A stretch of DNA of 64,000 bases from Catajapyx aquilonaris. Lineage: Eukaryota. A program made the position numbers and the translations under genes. How positions within the stretch are numbered: position 1 is the stretch's first letter; each line of letters starts with the position of its first letter. The stretch covers positions 1 through 64,000 of the forward strand of contig KZ538022.1 of the NCBI GenBank assembly GCA_000934665.2, written 5' to 3'. Below are positions 27,401 through 42,439 of the stretch, piece by piece. Below the pieces are notes generated by a model that searched no databases, was not told where the DNA came from, and saw only the letters and a program-made list of their open reading frames with translations.

Positions 27401-28840
27401 TGGTGGTAATGAATCTGGAAAAGTAATCAGAGCACAGAGGTAATCCGACGTCATTCATGGGCAGGAAGTCGGGATATTGGAATCAGATAAAAATGAATTC
27501 TTAGAAATTTGGCAAACTGTCAGTTACGAAATGTTCCCTGTAATCAGCAAGCGTCCAATTAACCTGTGCTGTAATGTTCAAATTATCTCGTAACAAGGAT
27601 ATAGGTGTGCTTCAATCCCCGATAGCAATTATCCAGTCGGCTCTCCCTTTGTTTTTTGGCCCTGTTTGTGTCACCGGTATGCAAAGATCGATATGCCACG
27701 TGTACACAATATTGCCGGTAAATGAGTACAAAACGCGAATCCTGCTGCTTGTTTTTTGGAGGCTGAAAAGTGGGTGAGTTATTGCTCGGAATAAGTGCAA
27801 GCTCCGGGTGCTGGGAGGTATCTGTTTATCCGGGGAGGCCTCATCATTCATTTACTCGACTTTTCCAAGATGGATTCCGAAAGTAGATTAAGGGGCAGAG
27901 AGGGGGGGGGGGAAGGGGGGCAAAATTTACAGCCGGTGCCATACATTTTCATGCAACGAGTATTATTCCGGATGAAAGGCTCAGGCGCAAATAATTCAGC
28001 AAGAGTGATACATTTTCCGGATTTGAATAGAAGCTAGCATCTCGGCCTTTGTGCCCGCTGATGGGCCAAAGATTTCGGACATCCTTGGCACGATGGATGG
28101 GTCCCATGAGACAAGCAGGAGGAGGGGAAATGTTGGTGAGGAAAGCAGCACGTCATCCGGGATAGACGAGAATTGAGGAAGAGCACTGGCTTTTGAGTCG
28201 CAGTAATTTCGGAAGAATCATTCTTCTTGCTCTCCAGCAAGAAAATCTTTGGGACGGGGAAAGATGGGTTAAAGGATATTGAATATGGCGCCTCGGATCA
28301 TGTTTCAAGGCGCCACCCCCCCCCCNCCCCCCCCCCTGCCTTTTTACATGATGAAGCTGCTCTTCAGCCCGGAAGATTTTTGCCTGATTGAACAGCCTCC
28401 CAATCGAACCTCCGGATCTTAACCCTTTTCCTGCCCGGAAAAAAATAAGGTGGTGTAAAAACTGGTTGGGGGAGGAGGGGGGGGAAGGAGCAAACCTACT
28501 TAGAAGGAGTCGATTAAGGAGAAACCGGCGGTGCTAACCATTCAAGTGTGATAATTTCGTGGTTTCCTACGAACGAAAGGATCTAGAGTCCCCCTTCCCC
28601 TTTACTCCATTATTTGATGTGTCACCCTTCTCAATCACGAGGGTAACGTGAGGAATCTTCCCCCCGCCTTCATCTAATGGAAATTGAAAAGGAGAAGTGA
28701 GAGCAAAAAAAAATCCTAATGGAATAGGAATTCTTCACCAGCATTTTTTTCCATTTCCAATATCTATAAGGAGGGTGAATTTTAATATTGTACAGAGAAA
28801 GGGACGTGATGTTCAAGCTGTTACCTGGCGATGTACAGTA

Positions 28841-28993
28841 CAGTGCTGGACATTACTGGTGTCGTACTGGTGGCGACAGGAGCCAGTCGCGGCAAAAGAG
28901 CGAATCTGACATCCGTATGACCACCTTCACTTGATTCATTGGAGCAAGTGAAGGTGGTCATACGGAGGGCAAATTTCGTTTCGCTCTTCTGCC
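28841..28993. mobile_element. Palindromic MITE family A, copy 2 (right end truncated)
   Basis: TA|cagtgctggacattactggtgtcgtactggtggcgac...ccgtatgaccaccttcacttg...caagtgaaggtggtcatacgg. Confidence 0.75.
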
Positions 28994-31900
28994 AAGTAAT
29001 TTTCTTCGGATTGCGAATCGCGGCGAGAAATCTAGTTCGATTTGTGTCCCAAAGTCCGCGTGACAAATGACGAGTCTTCGATGATCCCACCTCTGAGTCA
29101 GTCCCCCAACCACTAATGATTGCAACTTTCGCTCAAATTGTTTTCCGCCGAACTTCCTTTTCTCATTTGTGCCACTCCAGCAGCAGAAATTCCTGATGGG
29201 TTACAGAAGTTTGGATCCAGTTCGCAAAAAATTAGCATGCTGGAGCAAGTCATCAGTGTGTTTGTATATTTTTAATCATTCCAGACACTGACTCACTGTT
29301 TAATTCACCCTTGGGCTGAGTCAAGCCTATCTTTTAATAGCAAGGAATTAATTGGGTAATGGCTGCATAGGGATACATATTGGATGGATCCCAGGGAGGG
29401 GACATTTTTTTATTATTATTCGGGGGACGATCCCCAGATATGTGTTCGGTAAATCACTGGTTGAAGGTGTCACTGGAGTGTGGAGAATGATCACTGATCC
29501 TGGTTTCACGGTTGGGGTAGTTATGACACGAGGGGGAAGATTCCAATTCGGTGAGATGCTCACCAAAATTTTACATGGTCCAGTAGATTCTGAATAGTCC
29601 AACGGAACAAGGACCCGGAATATACGGAAGACGATTAACCGGATCAAATTAATGCTGCGAAGGTGTAAATTTTTATTATGGAGCGTGGGTGTGCTTGGCT
29701 ATCAATTATACACGCTGCAGATGCCCGCTTCCACTTTAGAAATGGAGGTGATTTATTTTGTGCCCGGGTTTTTTTTCCCCCTTCCGTTCTCCAGGGATTT
29801 CCCGATATCCGTCTTTCGGGGGAGGTTCTCGCAGTCTTAGGTTCTTTTTTTCCGGAAGGGATTCGGTGCCTCATCTCGAGCTCATTTCCCGGATCTACGG
29901 GGGCACTTTGTTTGATTTCCCCCGTGTTTTTGTCGGTACCCGAAATCACCTCCGGACATGGAAAATTATCCGGAGTCAAAATGACCCCAGCGGGCCTCGG
30001 CACCAATGCATTGAATATGAAAAAAGAACCACGCAAAGGAAACGACAATAACCGGCGGGCTGACGAATATTTTTAAAATTCATAATTCTCCGTAGTGTGC
30101 TTTACCCCTCAGTGTTTGGCTCGGTGGAGGCAGGTACAAGGTGTGTCGTAATAATTCAGGCAAAATTTGGCGGAGTGGATCTGTTCGGTTGGCATACCTT
30201 GCGTGTCCCTCTCCCACATGTAATATCAGGGCCGAGCAATCTGTTTAAGAGAGTGTTGATTGCTTTGGCACCAATTCCCCCATGGCACGGACGAAACGGT
30301 CTTTGCTGCTTTCAATCCCAAAATTGTCGCCATTTCGCCCTGGGAATTCTGACTCTTTCTCCCTCCATGCCATCTAAAAGGTTGGGGGGAGAAAGGACAA
30401 AAATTTGGGTGGAGGAAGTTAAATGAAGCCTCCCTCAGTGCAAGTCATTGAGCAGACTGTTGCCTCTCGAGGGTTGGGTGTGTTCGGGGGGGGGGGCTAA
30501 GACGGCGCTTCCTCGAGACTCCAAGAGTCGATAATGGCAGATGCAGGCTAATTGGATTAGGGTTAGAGGCTGAGGGGAAAATGCGGGCAATGCTATAAGG
30601 TCACGCCATACTGCTGGAACTAACCGTTTATAAAATTCCTACCGAATTCTAAAATGTACTGATCCGCTTATTCTCTCCGTCGGATGTTTGTCCGATCTGA
30701 TAGTATCGGTATCACTCGTCATTACATAATTATAATTTATTCGTTGGAAGGAATGCAGATCGGCACAGGTCACTGTTTTACCGACAGTTAATGGTGGAAA
30801 TTGGTGATAAGCGGGGTAGAGTTTCCAAGGCTTAGCAGTTTGTTACATGGCAAAGTCTCGGACACAACATGCGGACCAATCTCCTGGGAGATGAGTTTCC
30901 GGGTCACTCACCTTTCCGGGCATTAAGATTTCATAGGGCTTCCGTTGCCACCGCGGAGATAAACGCTTCCCACCGGCCAGGTTTTAAAGTTTCAAGTCCG
31001 CCGACTATCGTGAGCCGTAGCTCCTAATCCGGGCCTTGGTTTGTCAAGGGAGAGATCCAGCTTCTTCCTTTCCCCCGGAAGCATTTTCCTTGCAATCAAT
31101 CCCCCCTCCCAGCTTCCTATACAACAAACCCGAGTCCCGGACAGGAAAAAAAAAATCCTCCGGGACAGAAAGCTGCCTTCCCAGTCCACACCTGGACAAT
31201 TCCCACCGTTTTCTCAGAGAGTCTCAGAAAAGCGGAAGAGAGAAGAGGGGGAGATGACCATTGGATGATCCCAAGAGCACTTAGGAACCCGAAAAAAGGA
31301 GAATCGACTGAGAGTCCACCCCTAGGCCACACTTGGGTTCACATTAATTCTATTTTCCTCTTCGTCGCTTGATTTAAGTCGAGGCGCGTGTCGTTTTGCG
31401 GACCCGGTCTTTATCTGACCGGGGAAAAAAAAAGTTTGGAGAGAATTGTTCAGTGTGGAACGCGGCCATCACCACAGAGGACCAGGAGAATTTCGGGGAT
31501 GAAAATAAATGCTTGGGAACATCAAAGCACTTGAAATAAACGTTTGAAATTCCCGCACCCAGTTGGAGTACTTGTGGGTGCGGGTTCAAAAAGTATGCTG
31601 TTGATTTTACGAGGCGTGAATACCTGGAAATTTTCATCTGTTGATGGGAAAATACTGCTGTTATTCTCAATTATCTGTTCGGCTATGATATTACGAGAAA
31701 AAATGTCGAGAGTTTACTGGAATGTTGGCAAAACTAGTAGTGTAACTATAGCAGAATGTTCTCTATATTTTTTTTCCAAATGAATGTGAACAATTAGGTG
31801 TCAGAAACCTTCCTAGTAACCTGAATCTTGAGAGGAAATTTCCCACCTTTTTTTGCGACACAGGGTGCCTCCTTGAATTCACCTGGTGTCTGGAGCTGTA

Positions 31901-33288
31901 CTCACATTTATAACCTCGAGGGCGGAGGCCTGGATTGCTCCAATACTCGGGCTTATCCAGTTCTGTCGCGGACTCCTCTCGAAGCATTTTTCATCGGAGG
32001 AGACATCTGTTTTCTCCTCGTCGTCTACTTAATACCAGGCTTTTCCTTATTTCCTCTCTTGTTGGCCTCAAATCCCCCCGGCAGGTAGACTATTTGTTTC
32101 CTGGACAGGAGGAGCTTTGACCACTGTCTTTCTTTCTTTCTTTTTTTTTCTTCTTCTTCCACCGTATGTGTCCTCCACCTTTTCCTTTTCCTCCTTTTGT
32201 CTGGTAGCATGCAACCAGCTTTACGACAGGATTCCCGCCATATATCTCCAGCTTTTCGTACTTCCAACTACTCTTTATGTGAGTACCTATAGACTCCCGG
32301 GTCTTTAGAAACCTCGCCTCTGGGTGTGCTTCGTGCCCTGAATAAGCCTCTAACCATCACGTATACATATAGCAGACTTCTGTGCAGGAAGTTCCGGGTT
32401 TCCTGGTTGTGTTCACCAAAATGGAGAGACTATGCTACTGAAACTAGCAGTTATTATGTCGCTGTATTAACAGGAGCTGTAACTACTAAAATAATTAGCA
32501 GTTTAGTATAAACTGCGCAACTTTTACAGGATAGCTGTCAGAATAAACAGCTCAGATCATTGCGATTTAGTATAGCAGCGATCGCTGTGAGCAAAAATAT
32601 AAGTTTTCTCACCCGTCCACACACTCATTGCGACTGGACCTATTTTAATGGAGGTCATCTACAATTTAGTCTCCCCGCAGCCATGTGAACTTCTGAAATG
32701 TGTACAGTATAGTATTAGGCCTAGTGTAGTACAAGGAGAGGCAGGAACTTTCTATGCAAACATTAAATAATGTATGAGCCCCAGGAAGTGTGTGTGCATC
32801 CCAAAGCATGTTTGAATTGCAGAAATTTGCCTGACTTTCCCTGCTGCTGCTGCAACGTTAAGTAAGGAAAACTGTTGCATCCCTCGGCATACATTAAGTG
32901 CACACTGAAATGGAACGGGCCAACTGAGATTTTAAACGGGGACGCAAATGTGCAGCGGTCATCAACCACTCATTATTTGCATTTCTTGAATAGAGTTACC
33001 GCAAGGCTTATTCCTATATACGAACAAGTTGAGTGTTTTTTTCCCATTGCTGAAAACCGCACTTGAAATTAACCTGGATAATTTTTGGGGGAAAATACAC
33101 GTCCTACATACACATCGAGCTGGAAAAACACTCGAAGCGCCCGCACTTATTAGCGGACAATTAGTCTATTTTTTCGCTAAAAAAATGCACCATTAGTAGA
33201 ACGGGGAATGGTAATCTCCATTCGAGTGTTCGACTGTTTTAAGGGAATACGAGCACTGCAAATAGGGTCATATTATAGGTGGCTTAGT

Positions 33289-33475
33289 AAGTGCTGGACA
33301 TTAATGGTGTCGTATTGATGGCACCACGAGCCGTGGCCGCAAAAGAGCGAATCAAAAGTTGCCTCCATATATGACCACCTTCATTTGAAATCCAGTGAAG
33401 GTGGCCATACGGAGGGCGAATTTTGATTCGCTTTTTTGCCCGCAACCAGTACGACATCTTTAATGTCCAGCACTG
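33289..33475. mobile_element. Palindromic MITE family A, copy 3
   Basis: agtgctggacattaatggtgtcgta ... tacgacatctttaatgtccagcactg|TA, with the same internal hairpin. Confidence 0.8.
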
Positions 33476-35149
33476 TACAGGGAGGTGCACTGACCAAGTA
33501 CGCATTTGTTTACCCCAGTGTCTACCAGGAGACGGGTCTGTTTTTATAGCAAAGTGGGACCGACTATAAATCGAGTCCGGAGCAGGAACAGGAGCATTGA
33601 AAGTTTTAAAAAAGGAGACATTGTGGGTGGGAATTGTCGCCCCTTAAGGCCTCTCGTATATTTCAGCCTGCACGCACCTTTTGAAAAAAAAAAACTTGTA
33701 AATAAATAAAGGGGTCGGGTCATTTCTCCTGGGCTGCGGTTCTAGAATTGGGGAAGGAAACGGGCAGTAATCCGGTGAACTCTTGGTCCGGCCCCATGTG
33801 AAACAACCCTATAGGGCGCTGTGACTCTTTTCGTATCACCTGGTAGAAGCGACGCTAACGATTGGCAGGCCGGCTATCGAGGGGGGCCACGTACAAAAAA
33901 AAAGATCGTGAAGAAACGTCACAAAAACAACGATTCCTCCTGGGCCATTACTCCGGAGGATGAGAAGCTCTTTTTTCGGAAAGTACAGGCTGAGCTATAG
34001 ATAAGAGGGGAGAAGATATAGGAATGTACTAATTTATTAGTAGGGCGTGACGGCTATTAAAGGGTGATTCTGAGAGTATCTTGGGGGGAAAACGATGTAA
34101 AACGCGGGTTTGTCAATAACAATGAAAGGTTAGATGGAAGAGAGCTGGAAGACCAGAAAAGTGTTTTCTTGTGGCGGGTTGCCGGGTGTGTCTAAGGGGC
34201 ACTGAAATGTTTGTGGTCGCATAAGTCGTTACTGATTGGTTTATCGACATTTCATGCCTCTACATTTTCGACTAATTACGACCCCACGAAATTACCGGAA
34301 TTATTTTTTGAACAGCTTGTAGTTTCCCCCACTGTGCTCCAAATCAGTGCGCACTTTGCTCATTCCGTTGAATCTTTTATTCGGCCGTTAAACCAGCACT
34401 CTGGATGTCGCGGAAGTATCGCACTTGTGATTCCGCAGCAGCTAAGAAAATTTACGGCCTCGGAAAGGAACCTGTAAAGTGGAATATAAAAAAACACGCG
34501 GATAGTTTTTTTTTGCCTTGTCTATTGTCTATTCTGCTACTGGACTCATCTATTTTGCATTCGTCTCCCAGCAGTATGCAGTGGGATCGGGTTAAGGGAA
34601 CAGAGTTAATGGCCGCCATAATTCAATCGTCTGACCTAAGTAACGGCCGTACAGAGCTGTAATCCTTTCGCTTGTTTACAACGCTGCTAAAATCACCGTG
34701 ACTGTTCTTTTTTTATAGCTGCTTCCGGTGCGGCTGGAGGTTTTTTTTTTTGGAAGGGGGGGAGCAAAAAAAAATTATTTTGATTGGCTGACTGAATAAA
34801 CCTGGCAGTAAATTTTTGGACCTTGCTTTTGCCGACATGCCCCTTTTTATGATGCCCCACAAAATTGGTGGTTCTGATCTTCTCACATGTCAGCGGCGTG
34901 TCCGATGCGGGTTTGCACTCGCAGTTTATACACCTGTCGCGGTCGTTGCACCGACGGGTCGTAATCAGTTCGAATCATCGCTTCAATTTTAAAAAAAGAA
35001 AAAAAACAGGGAGTAAATTGCCCCCGACATTGACCGACGTACTGAGCGTGTCGCGGAATTAATTTCATTGCTCGATTATGAATCATTTATTGGCCCAACT
35101 TTTCACTTTGCTATTCAGGCGATGGATACTAATGGCGGGACAAAAATAT

Positions 35150-35400
35150 CGTAATAGCGAACCAAAAGTAGCGGAGGTGGCACAAGCGCCGGAACTTGGG
35201 GGCCAAAAGTAGTCTAGCAGCGAGTTTTAACCGCTATTCTGCTATTGACCAAAAACATAATAGCTGGCCAAAAGTAGCCTAGCAGGGATTTTGTGTTAGA
35301 AGCGACGGGACTTGGAAGGCCAAAAGTAGCACATCCGTGATTTGTTTTTATCAGCTATTCTGCTATTTTCTGAATAGCAATGGCGGTGAACAGTGTTAAT
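35150..35400. repeat. Short tandem ccaaaagtag / gctattctgctatt repeats ending in a TTAA-type terminus (possible piggyBac-like non-autonomous end)
   Basis: ccaaaagtag occurs 4 times and the region ends ggcggtgaacagtgttaa. Confidence 0.4.
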
Positions 35401-37065
35401 AATTAACCCTTTTTCGGCCACCATGCTAGCAGTTAACCGCCGTTTATTTTTCGGCGGGTTGGATAGGGGCCAACTGTGGAAGGCGGATAAGAGCTGTCGG
35501 GATTACTCTGCATGTATCGCCTGAATTATTAAGAGGCGTGCTTTTTGGGCCCGGTAATGGACGCTGGGAGGGTTGAAGTGATGAGCCGAGTCGATACCGG
35601 TGGCGAGAGCGATCGCTCACAAACGCGACACCGACTAGTTTCGGCCACGATCACATTTGTCCACTCGAAACACATACAAAAAAAACAAAAAACAGTGGGT
35701 GTGAGATGGGGGAGGGGACCAGAATCCTTGAACCTGCGAAGGAGGGAAGCAGCGTTGAAATAAAAGAGTGTAATCCTGGAGGGCGACGGATCAGATACGT
35801 AGCCAAAGGAGACCATTTGTCTTCTTCTTGGTCCAGGAGACGGTGGAAGGGGGGACGGGTGGAGGTTATACCGCAGCCTTCTCTCCACACGATGGCCTCT
35901 TCGTTTTCCGTGCCTCCGACAAGAGGGCTTTCGTTTGTCACGGTCAGGGATGGACGTCTGAGGAATTGGGGAAGCTCTCCGCCTACTCAGGAAGGGGGAG
36001 GGGGGAAATCCGATTTGTTTTTAGGTCGAGCTATCTCCAGCCTCGAAACCAGACTACTGAAAACTTGATCCAAGCTAGAATATTCTGGGATGAACGAAAC
36101 TGTCCACATAGTCTCACATAGATGGCGTCTCGCTCCGAACAAACAGAGGCACAGACTGATTAGCTGGAACCCGTTCTAATGGTGGACGCGGAATCGGTTC
36201 TTCCCCGCAATATTGTGTGTTCGGGAGGTAAAATGGCTCCCCACTTATTGTACGCAAACGAGACCTCCCCATTAGCACTCATTGCATTACATTACTATTC
36301 ACACCACGGCCCAATCGAAATCCACTTTTGTCCGGCTAACTGCATTTCGTGTCTCCGAAAAGCCCCCGGTTTTCTGTACCCCCCCGCAAATATTCTGCTT
36401 CCAAAATGGACGATTGCTTTGGGCATGCCTGTGTTCACACTGTGCAATTCAAGCTCTCTTTTTTCCCCTGCCGAATGTGTGCCTTGCGCTCGTTCCATTA
36501 CAGGGTGTTTCGTAACGGCTCAGAGATCCGCGCAAAAAAAGGAAACATGTTATTGATGGATACCCGAGACCAGCCATTTCATGCCGAGTGAAAGCCATTG
36601 CACATGTCTATAAAACAAGAGAGTGCGGAGGGGGCAGCAATTTCCTCTCTTTGCATACAGAAAAAAATGATGTACATGGCACTTAAAAAATCGCTTTGAA
36701 GCCCACGCTTCTCGCTCCATCTCCCCTTGTGAATACTAAAAAAAACTAACCACAAAATCCGACCGGAGTGGTTGAAATATTTCCAACCCTCCCACGCATT
36801 CAGACCCCCGGAAAAACCAGGAAAACATTTATTTTTTATGGACTTTCGCTCCATTTCGTCTCAATTTCATTTTTAGAGAGAGAGAGAGAGGGGGGGGATA
36901 ATTAAATGTTGGCACCATCTGCGAGTGAATTGTTGTTCGTCGAATTGTTGTCCCGAAGAACATTGTTTAAAAACTACGTAAGGTTTTAGTAAAACTACTC
37001 TGCACTCAAAATTTAAATTTTTTAGTTGAACGAAAAGAAACCTGACACTTCCCAAGCAATGTCCG

Positions 37066-37066
<1 letters not shown>

Positions 37067-37105
<39 letters not shown>

Positions 37106-37106
37106 T
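37067..37106. repeat. (ATTT)n microsatellite
   Basis: Directly visible run. Confidence 0.9.
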
Positions 37107-40100
37107 CACTTGTTCGTTTGCTTTCATTCTTATATATTTACGTATTAAAGTTTATTGCGCCATGTAGTTTAACCGCACTTTCCATTAAATCCGAGGCGCT
37201 TATTTTCGCAAAAGTTACAAGTTTGTCCGGTTTGTTGTTTATAAACATTTTACAAACTTTTGCACCGGAAAAGAAACCAGCTGGAACTGACATATTGCAA
37301 AGGACGTTCTCACTCCATAATGTTCTTAAATATTTACGCACACAATATCGCGGAAACTCGTGCGTACAAACTTGGCACAAAAATATGCAAAAAAAGCCTC
37401 GTCCGCCATACGACGCTCCAGCATTGTAATTTTGGCGCGCTATTCCGAACGCCAAATAGTACGTAACGACATAATAAAAAGTTAATTTTACCAGAGGCGG
37501 TAGATTAAACTTTTACGCCCCGTTGTTGGGGATCTTCTGCTCGAGATACGAATAAAACCAGGCTCCATAACAGTTGCCTGCCTTTTTTTGGAGCGGCTGG
37601 GGGAAAGGGGGGTGGGTACTCCGTCGTATCCAATGAGAAATTATGCAGATGATAATGACAGTTGGGAAAGTTTCGGCTTGTACTGCATGCGCATGTGATA
37701 ACAACACTCGCTTGCTGCTTGCAACTCAGAATATTCAGAGGCCAAGCTCAATTTTTTGTATATACTCCAGCAACTTGCCTACTTGAGTTTACTAAGAAAA
37801 TTTTATCAGTGTGTTACCAATAAATTTATAAAAAGTATGTTTCATTATAATGCAGCATACGTACATATTAAATCCGTGTTCTTGAAGGGTTGAAAATATT
37901 TACATATACGGAGAATTGAAGGGGACGATATAGCTTATTTTGCCAGTAGCATGCATCACCCTCAGGAGGAATAGTAGGGGCCAACGTGGGGTTCCTCTTT
38001 TATACTTTCACTTACCCGATCTCCCTTCCTCCAGGAGTCATGAATCACAAGGACGATCCATCACTTGGATGGCAAACGCTCTCAGGGCTCTCTAATTCAG
38101 CCGATGGATCTGCACGTTTCAAACACTCTGCTTTGGAAAAATCGGATTTTTTTTCTTTTCTTTTGGTTCGCTAAAATATTGATGCATAACATTTACATTG
38201 TAATTGCCTGTACTGTACCACGTTACAGTATAATGATGCCCGGTTTACTTTTGGTGGTGGCTGCATCAGCAAGGAAATAGGAGCGGATAGGCCAGTCCGG
38301 AATAGTTTCAGGCTGGTGGAAGTTAATAAATCCCGATTAGTTTGTGTTACCCTGGGAATAAGAGGAGTAGTAGAACTCTTCTCTCTCTTTTTTTTCGAGG
38401 TTTTGGAACTTGTTTGGGATTAGCGGCTCTTGCTTGCACTCTGCTTGTTGATGCTGCACGAGAGGGAGAGAGACCACCCCCCACCCTCCCTCTCTGGACC
38501 AGACTTACTTTGAATTATTGCCAAAGGCTTCTCCGGGGATTAAATTAACTCCTGGCCAACAAGCTCCACTGTCCTGCATCCAATCTGAGAAGTACTTCTG
38601 TTGTGCTACTGGACCACACTTTTTTTTGCAGTCCACTCACTCTGCGGTCCACCCAATGGTGTTTGTCTTGTCATCAAACATCTCGGGGAACAAGTTGTTT
38701 TAATTACCTATCTGGCTATTTATTTATTATTACTTAATAAAAATTTATTCAATTTATGAGCGAATTGTTAGAAGAATTATCGTACTTGTGAAGTTTGCCA
38801 CACAGGTAACAAAACATACGTTGGAAAAATGGGTAATAAACGGGTATGAAATGAGATTAATAAGCTGGGAATGACCTTCCGTTTTTTATTTCCGTTTCGT
38901 GCTCTAACTTGCAGTACTCTCCATGTGTAAGTACCCGCATATCCCCCCAGTGTTATTCATTCCCTCCCCCCCAGCTTCCCAAGTTGATGTTAGCATGGCC
39001 CTGCGTCCGGCCTGCCGTGGAGATAAAAAGTGCATGGCCGCATATAAAATAGATGAAGTGGGAAGCAAGGGAAGGTCGGTCCAGCCACCAGCATCCTCCG
39101 CATCTCAAAGTTGATGGAACAAACTTCGTGGACCGGAAGGGCATCCCTCGCTTTCAAATTAAGGTTCCTTCCCCCTGCCCGAAAAAAAAAATCCGAATTA
39201 AGAATGTTTGGTGGATATTAATTCTCGAACCTTGCACACGTGGCAATTACTGTGGGCTTCATCTGGCAACCTTCTAAATTGTGGGGAATCCCTGGTACGG
39301 TTGGAAATACCTAAAAATGCACGAGAAATGTCCGGCAATCTTACAAATGTCAATAAAATATGTAAAGGTTCGTTACGCTGCTAGTTATTAATTATTGAAC
39401 TTGCACACTTTGCATTTTTATGCAACGGGTTATGCCCAGTGCGGTTGGAAATAGTGCAAATACACTACTTTTTTGGGAGGGCCAATCCCCAGTCCCAGGG
39501 ATCTCTACCGGATCATTACGGGCCCCTGCACTTAACAGCCACGAATCAAACGAATGTAAAAGCCGAACACGTTTCGCTGCATTTTGGCGGAGGCCATGGG
39601 AGAGAGGATGGGGGTTTAGAAAGCCCTGATTGCGATTCCGTCCGCGAAAGTTGGAAATCGAGGAGCAGGACTCAGAAGAGGGTTGATCTCTGCGGCGAAT
39701 GTCCCTTTAATTAATAATGCTGAAATCTTCAGACCATTAAACTGCACTACGCAGGACTTCCCCTTTTTCCTGCACTTTCTAGTGTACGCTTTCGGCATAA
39801 GTGATTCGGGCCCCCAGAAGGAAATGGGAAGCCCGTATGATAAAAGATACTCCCCTAGCTTCGTATCCTGCGGGTCCTTACTCCCCAACAAGTGGACCTT
39901 CTTCCTCCCCAATCCCCCCCCAAAATTGTGGGGGCCAAACCAGCTGGCGCGTTTTCTGCATAAGCCGCATCCATTCTTGGCTAACGAGTCATAAACTTAT
40001 GAGAGCATCGGTGTGGAAAGCGGTCTTTTTCCCTTCCCCGTTTTCTGCATAATGGTGTCCCTCAGGGTGCCAACAGTCCAGGACCCATGTTCTGAGCGCC

Positions 40101-42439
40101 CCTCGTATATAGTCAAGTGTGTGCTGGGGGCCAAAACCTTTCCCCCACCCGATTCGCCCAGCTCTGATTAAACGGTTGTGGACGCCATTACAACTCGGGA
40201 GGGGAAGTTTCAGGAAACATCCAAGGGATGAGAGGTTTTTCCCTCCCCTATCCTAAAAGTCGTGGGAGGTCCGCAAGATGGACTCGTCATTCGGAGTTTG
40301 AGTTAGTGCTATTAACCCTGGGCGTCACATTATTTCGAGCGCTAATGAAATCATTTCTTTCTGTCGATGGGGGCAGTGTAGCGTCGGTTATTGGCTTCCT
40401 CGATTTAATGCGCCTTAACTTGGTTATCGCCTAATGTCGTTTGCCGTGTTATTGCTGCTGGATGAGGGTTGAGAGTAGGGGAGGGAAAAAAATCACACAC
40501 ACACACGTCGTGCCCTGGTTTAAAAGTTCGGAATGGCATGTTACAAAGGGAGTCGTCCACGCTGATTCACGATTGTGTCAAGCCGAATTTGAATGACGTC
40601 ATACTTTCAATTAAAAATTGAGCGATCCGGCAATGAAATTATTTAAAATAACATTTTAAACAATTTTTCATAATTTCTTTATACATATTATACATTAAAA
40701 TATTGTAATCCTTTTAATAGTACGACAATCAAATTGTCACTCAAATTTTCATGAAACGATTCGCAAAAAAATGCTCTAATTAAACCGAACACTCGATATC
40801 ATGGCGCATTATGTCACATTAAATGACACAAGTTCTTTAACCGGTTTTTCCACCATCCCTTGTTATAATTAGGTATTGGCGCCCTCCCAGTTTATCACAG
40901 GCAGTACTGTCAGCTATTAACGAACTGGGTCGGTGTCTATCCCAATTATCATTTTAATTAAGGGAGGACATAACCGGGCCCCGATGTTATGCCTCGCATG
41001 CTACGGGCCTATGGTTTTGATGGCCTGGGACTGGCCCCGGACCCCAGGACCGATCAATTCTATTATGTATTATGTATTAGCTCAACTATTTACGGCGAAA
41101 TAATCTCGTTTGTAGTCGCGTTGAGGGACGCGGATCAGGACAACAAAGAGATGGCAGTAAACAGGCAAAATTGGTTGTTACGCTAACATGGCACGAGGCA
41201 TCCCCCGCCCACAACCCCCTTACATAATGCAGGCGACCATGATTCGCGATTACGACCCAACGACCATTTGATGGCCATTAACGCTTGCCAAAAAATGATT
41301 GGCTCTCCAAAACCGTAACATGAACTTGGTTTGGACACATGGCCATCTTTCTGTCCCCGCTTTTAAACCCTCCATTTTAGCCCAGCAATAAAATGTCCGG
41401 GGGAAATGAGAGTTCCCGCTCTCCCCTTGGCGTATCAATAAAATATTAACTCCTTGTTTTCTGGTTCCGGTTGGGAGGCCGAGGAGAAGCTTAAGTTAAG
41501 ACGAGGCCTTATCGTGGTCACACACGCGGAACAAGAGGTGGGGCCCGGAAAAAGAGAGGGATTAAGTCGGATCAAGGGGGGCCAAAACTGGCTGGAAATC
41601 GCGCAGAAACAAACTGCGGAAGGGTGTTCATGAAAGGCAAAGCGTGCGTTGTACTCGCAGGAAGTAAGATAAGATCTGTATCGGCAAATATTTCCGTGGA
41701 AATGGACCAATCGCCGTTTGGAATATTGTCCACCTGATAATGCGATTTCTAGCGATTTGAAATCGCAGTTACTGAGGAGCGATTTGTAGCCCTTCTCTAT
41801 ATTAAGCTGCTTTTTTGAACAGTTAATTATTATCAATTACTGGCATATAAATGTTAGCTTTTATGAACGTATAGGGTGTCTCATCAGTCGTAATGTTTTC
41901 TGGCTCATCCTGTGGTCTCCATCTGGCGTTTCCCCCAACGTTTTTCATCCTGGGGGTAGATCTGGCGGGGGATATAAGGATTGATCCGACCACTTTTCCC
42001 CAAATGTGATTACATACACACGTTTCCTTCCCCCTAGTCCTAAACTGATTCCGGTACATTTGAGATATAACGCGACATTCATGTACTTCTGCTAGGATCA
42101 CAGGGTGCGTCACAAAACTGTAGGGTGCTATATGTTTTTAATCAAGGTTAGTAGAAACCTTGAGAGCAAATCGGACCATTTGACCAGGTTGATGTACGGC
42201 CTCAAGTTTCCTCCTGGCAGTTTTACGGGCCTGCTATGCCTCCTTGCTTTTACCGGAATCATTCCTGTTGGTATTCCAATCGGAAAAACCAACATGCACT
42301 CTCGTTCTTTTTGCAAAAAAGGGGGAAAGTGCCAATCTTATTCTCAGCACTCGATCACGCTTCTTAAAATTCCATCGAGCATGGAAGGCAAAGAGTGTGA
42401 GCGACTCGACATCAGAAAAGACACGCAATTTTCAAAATG

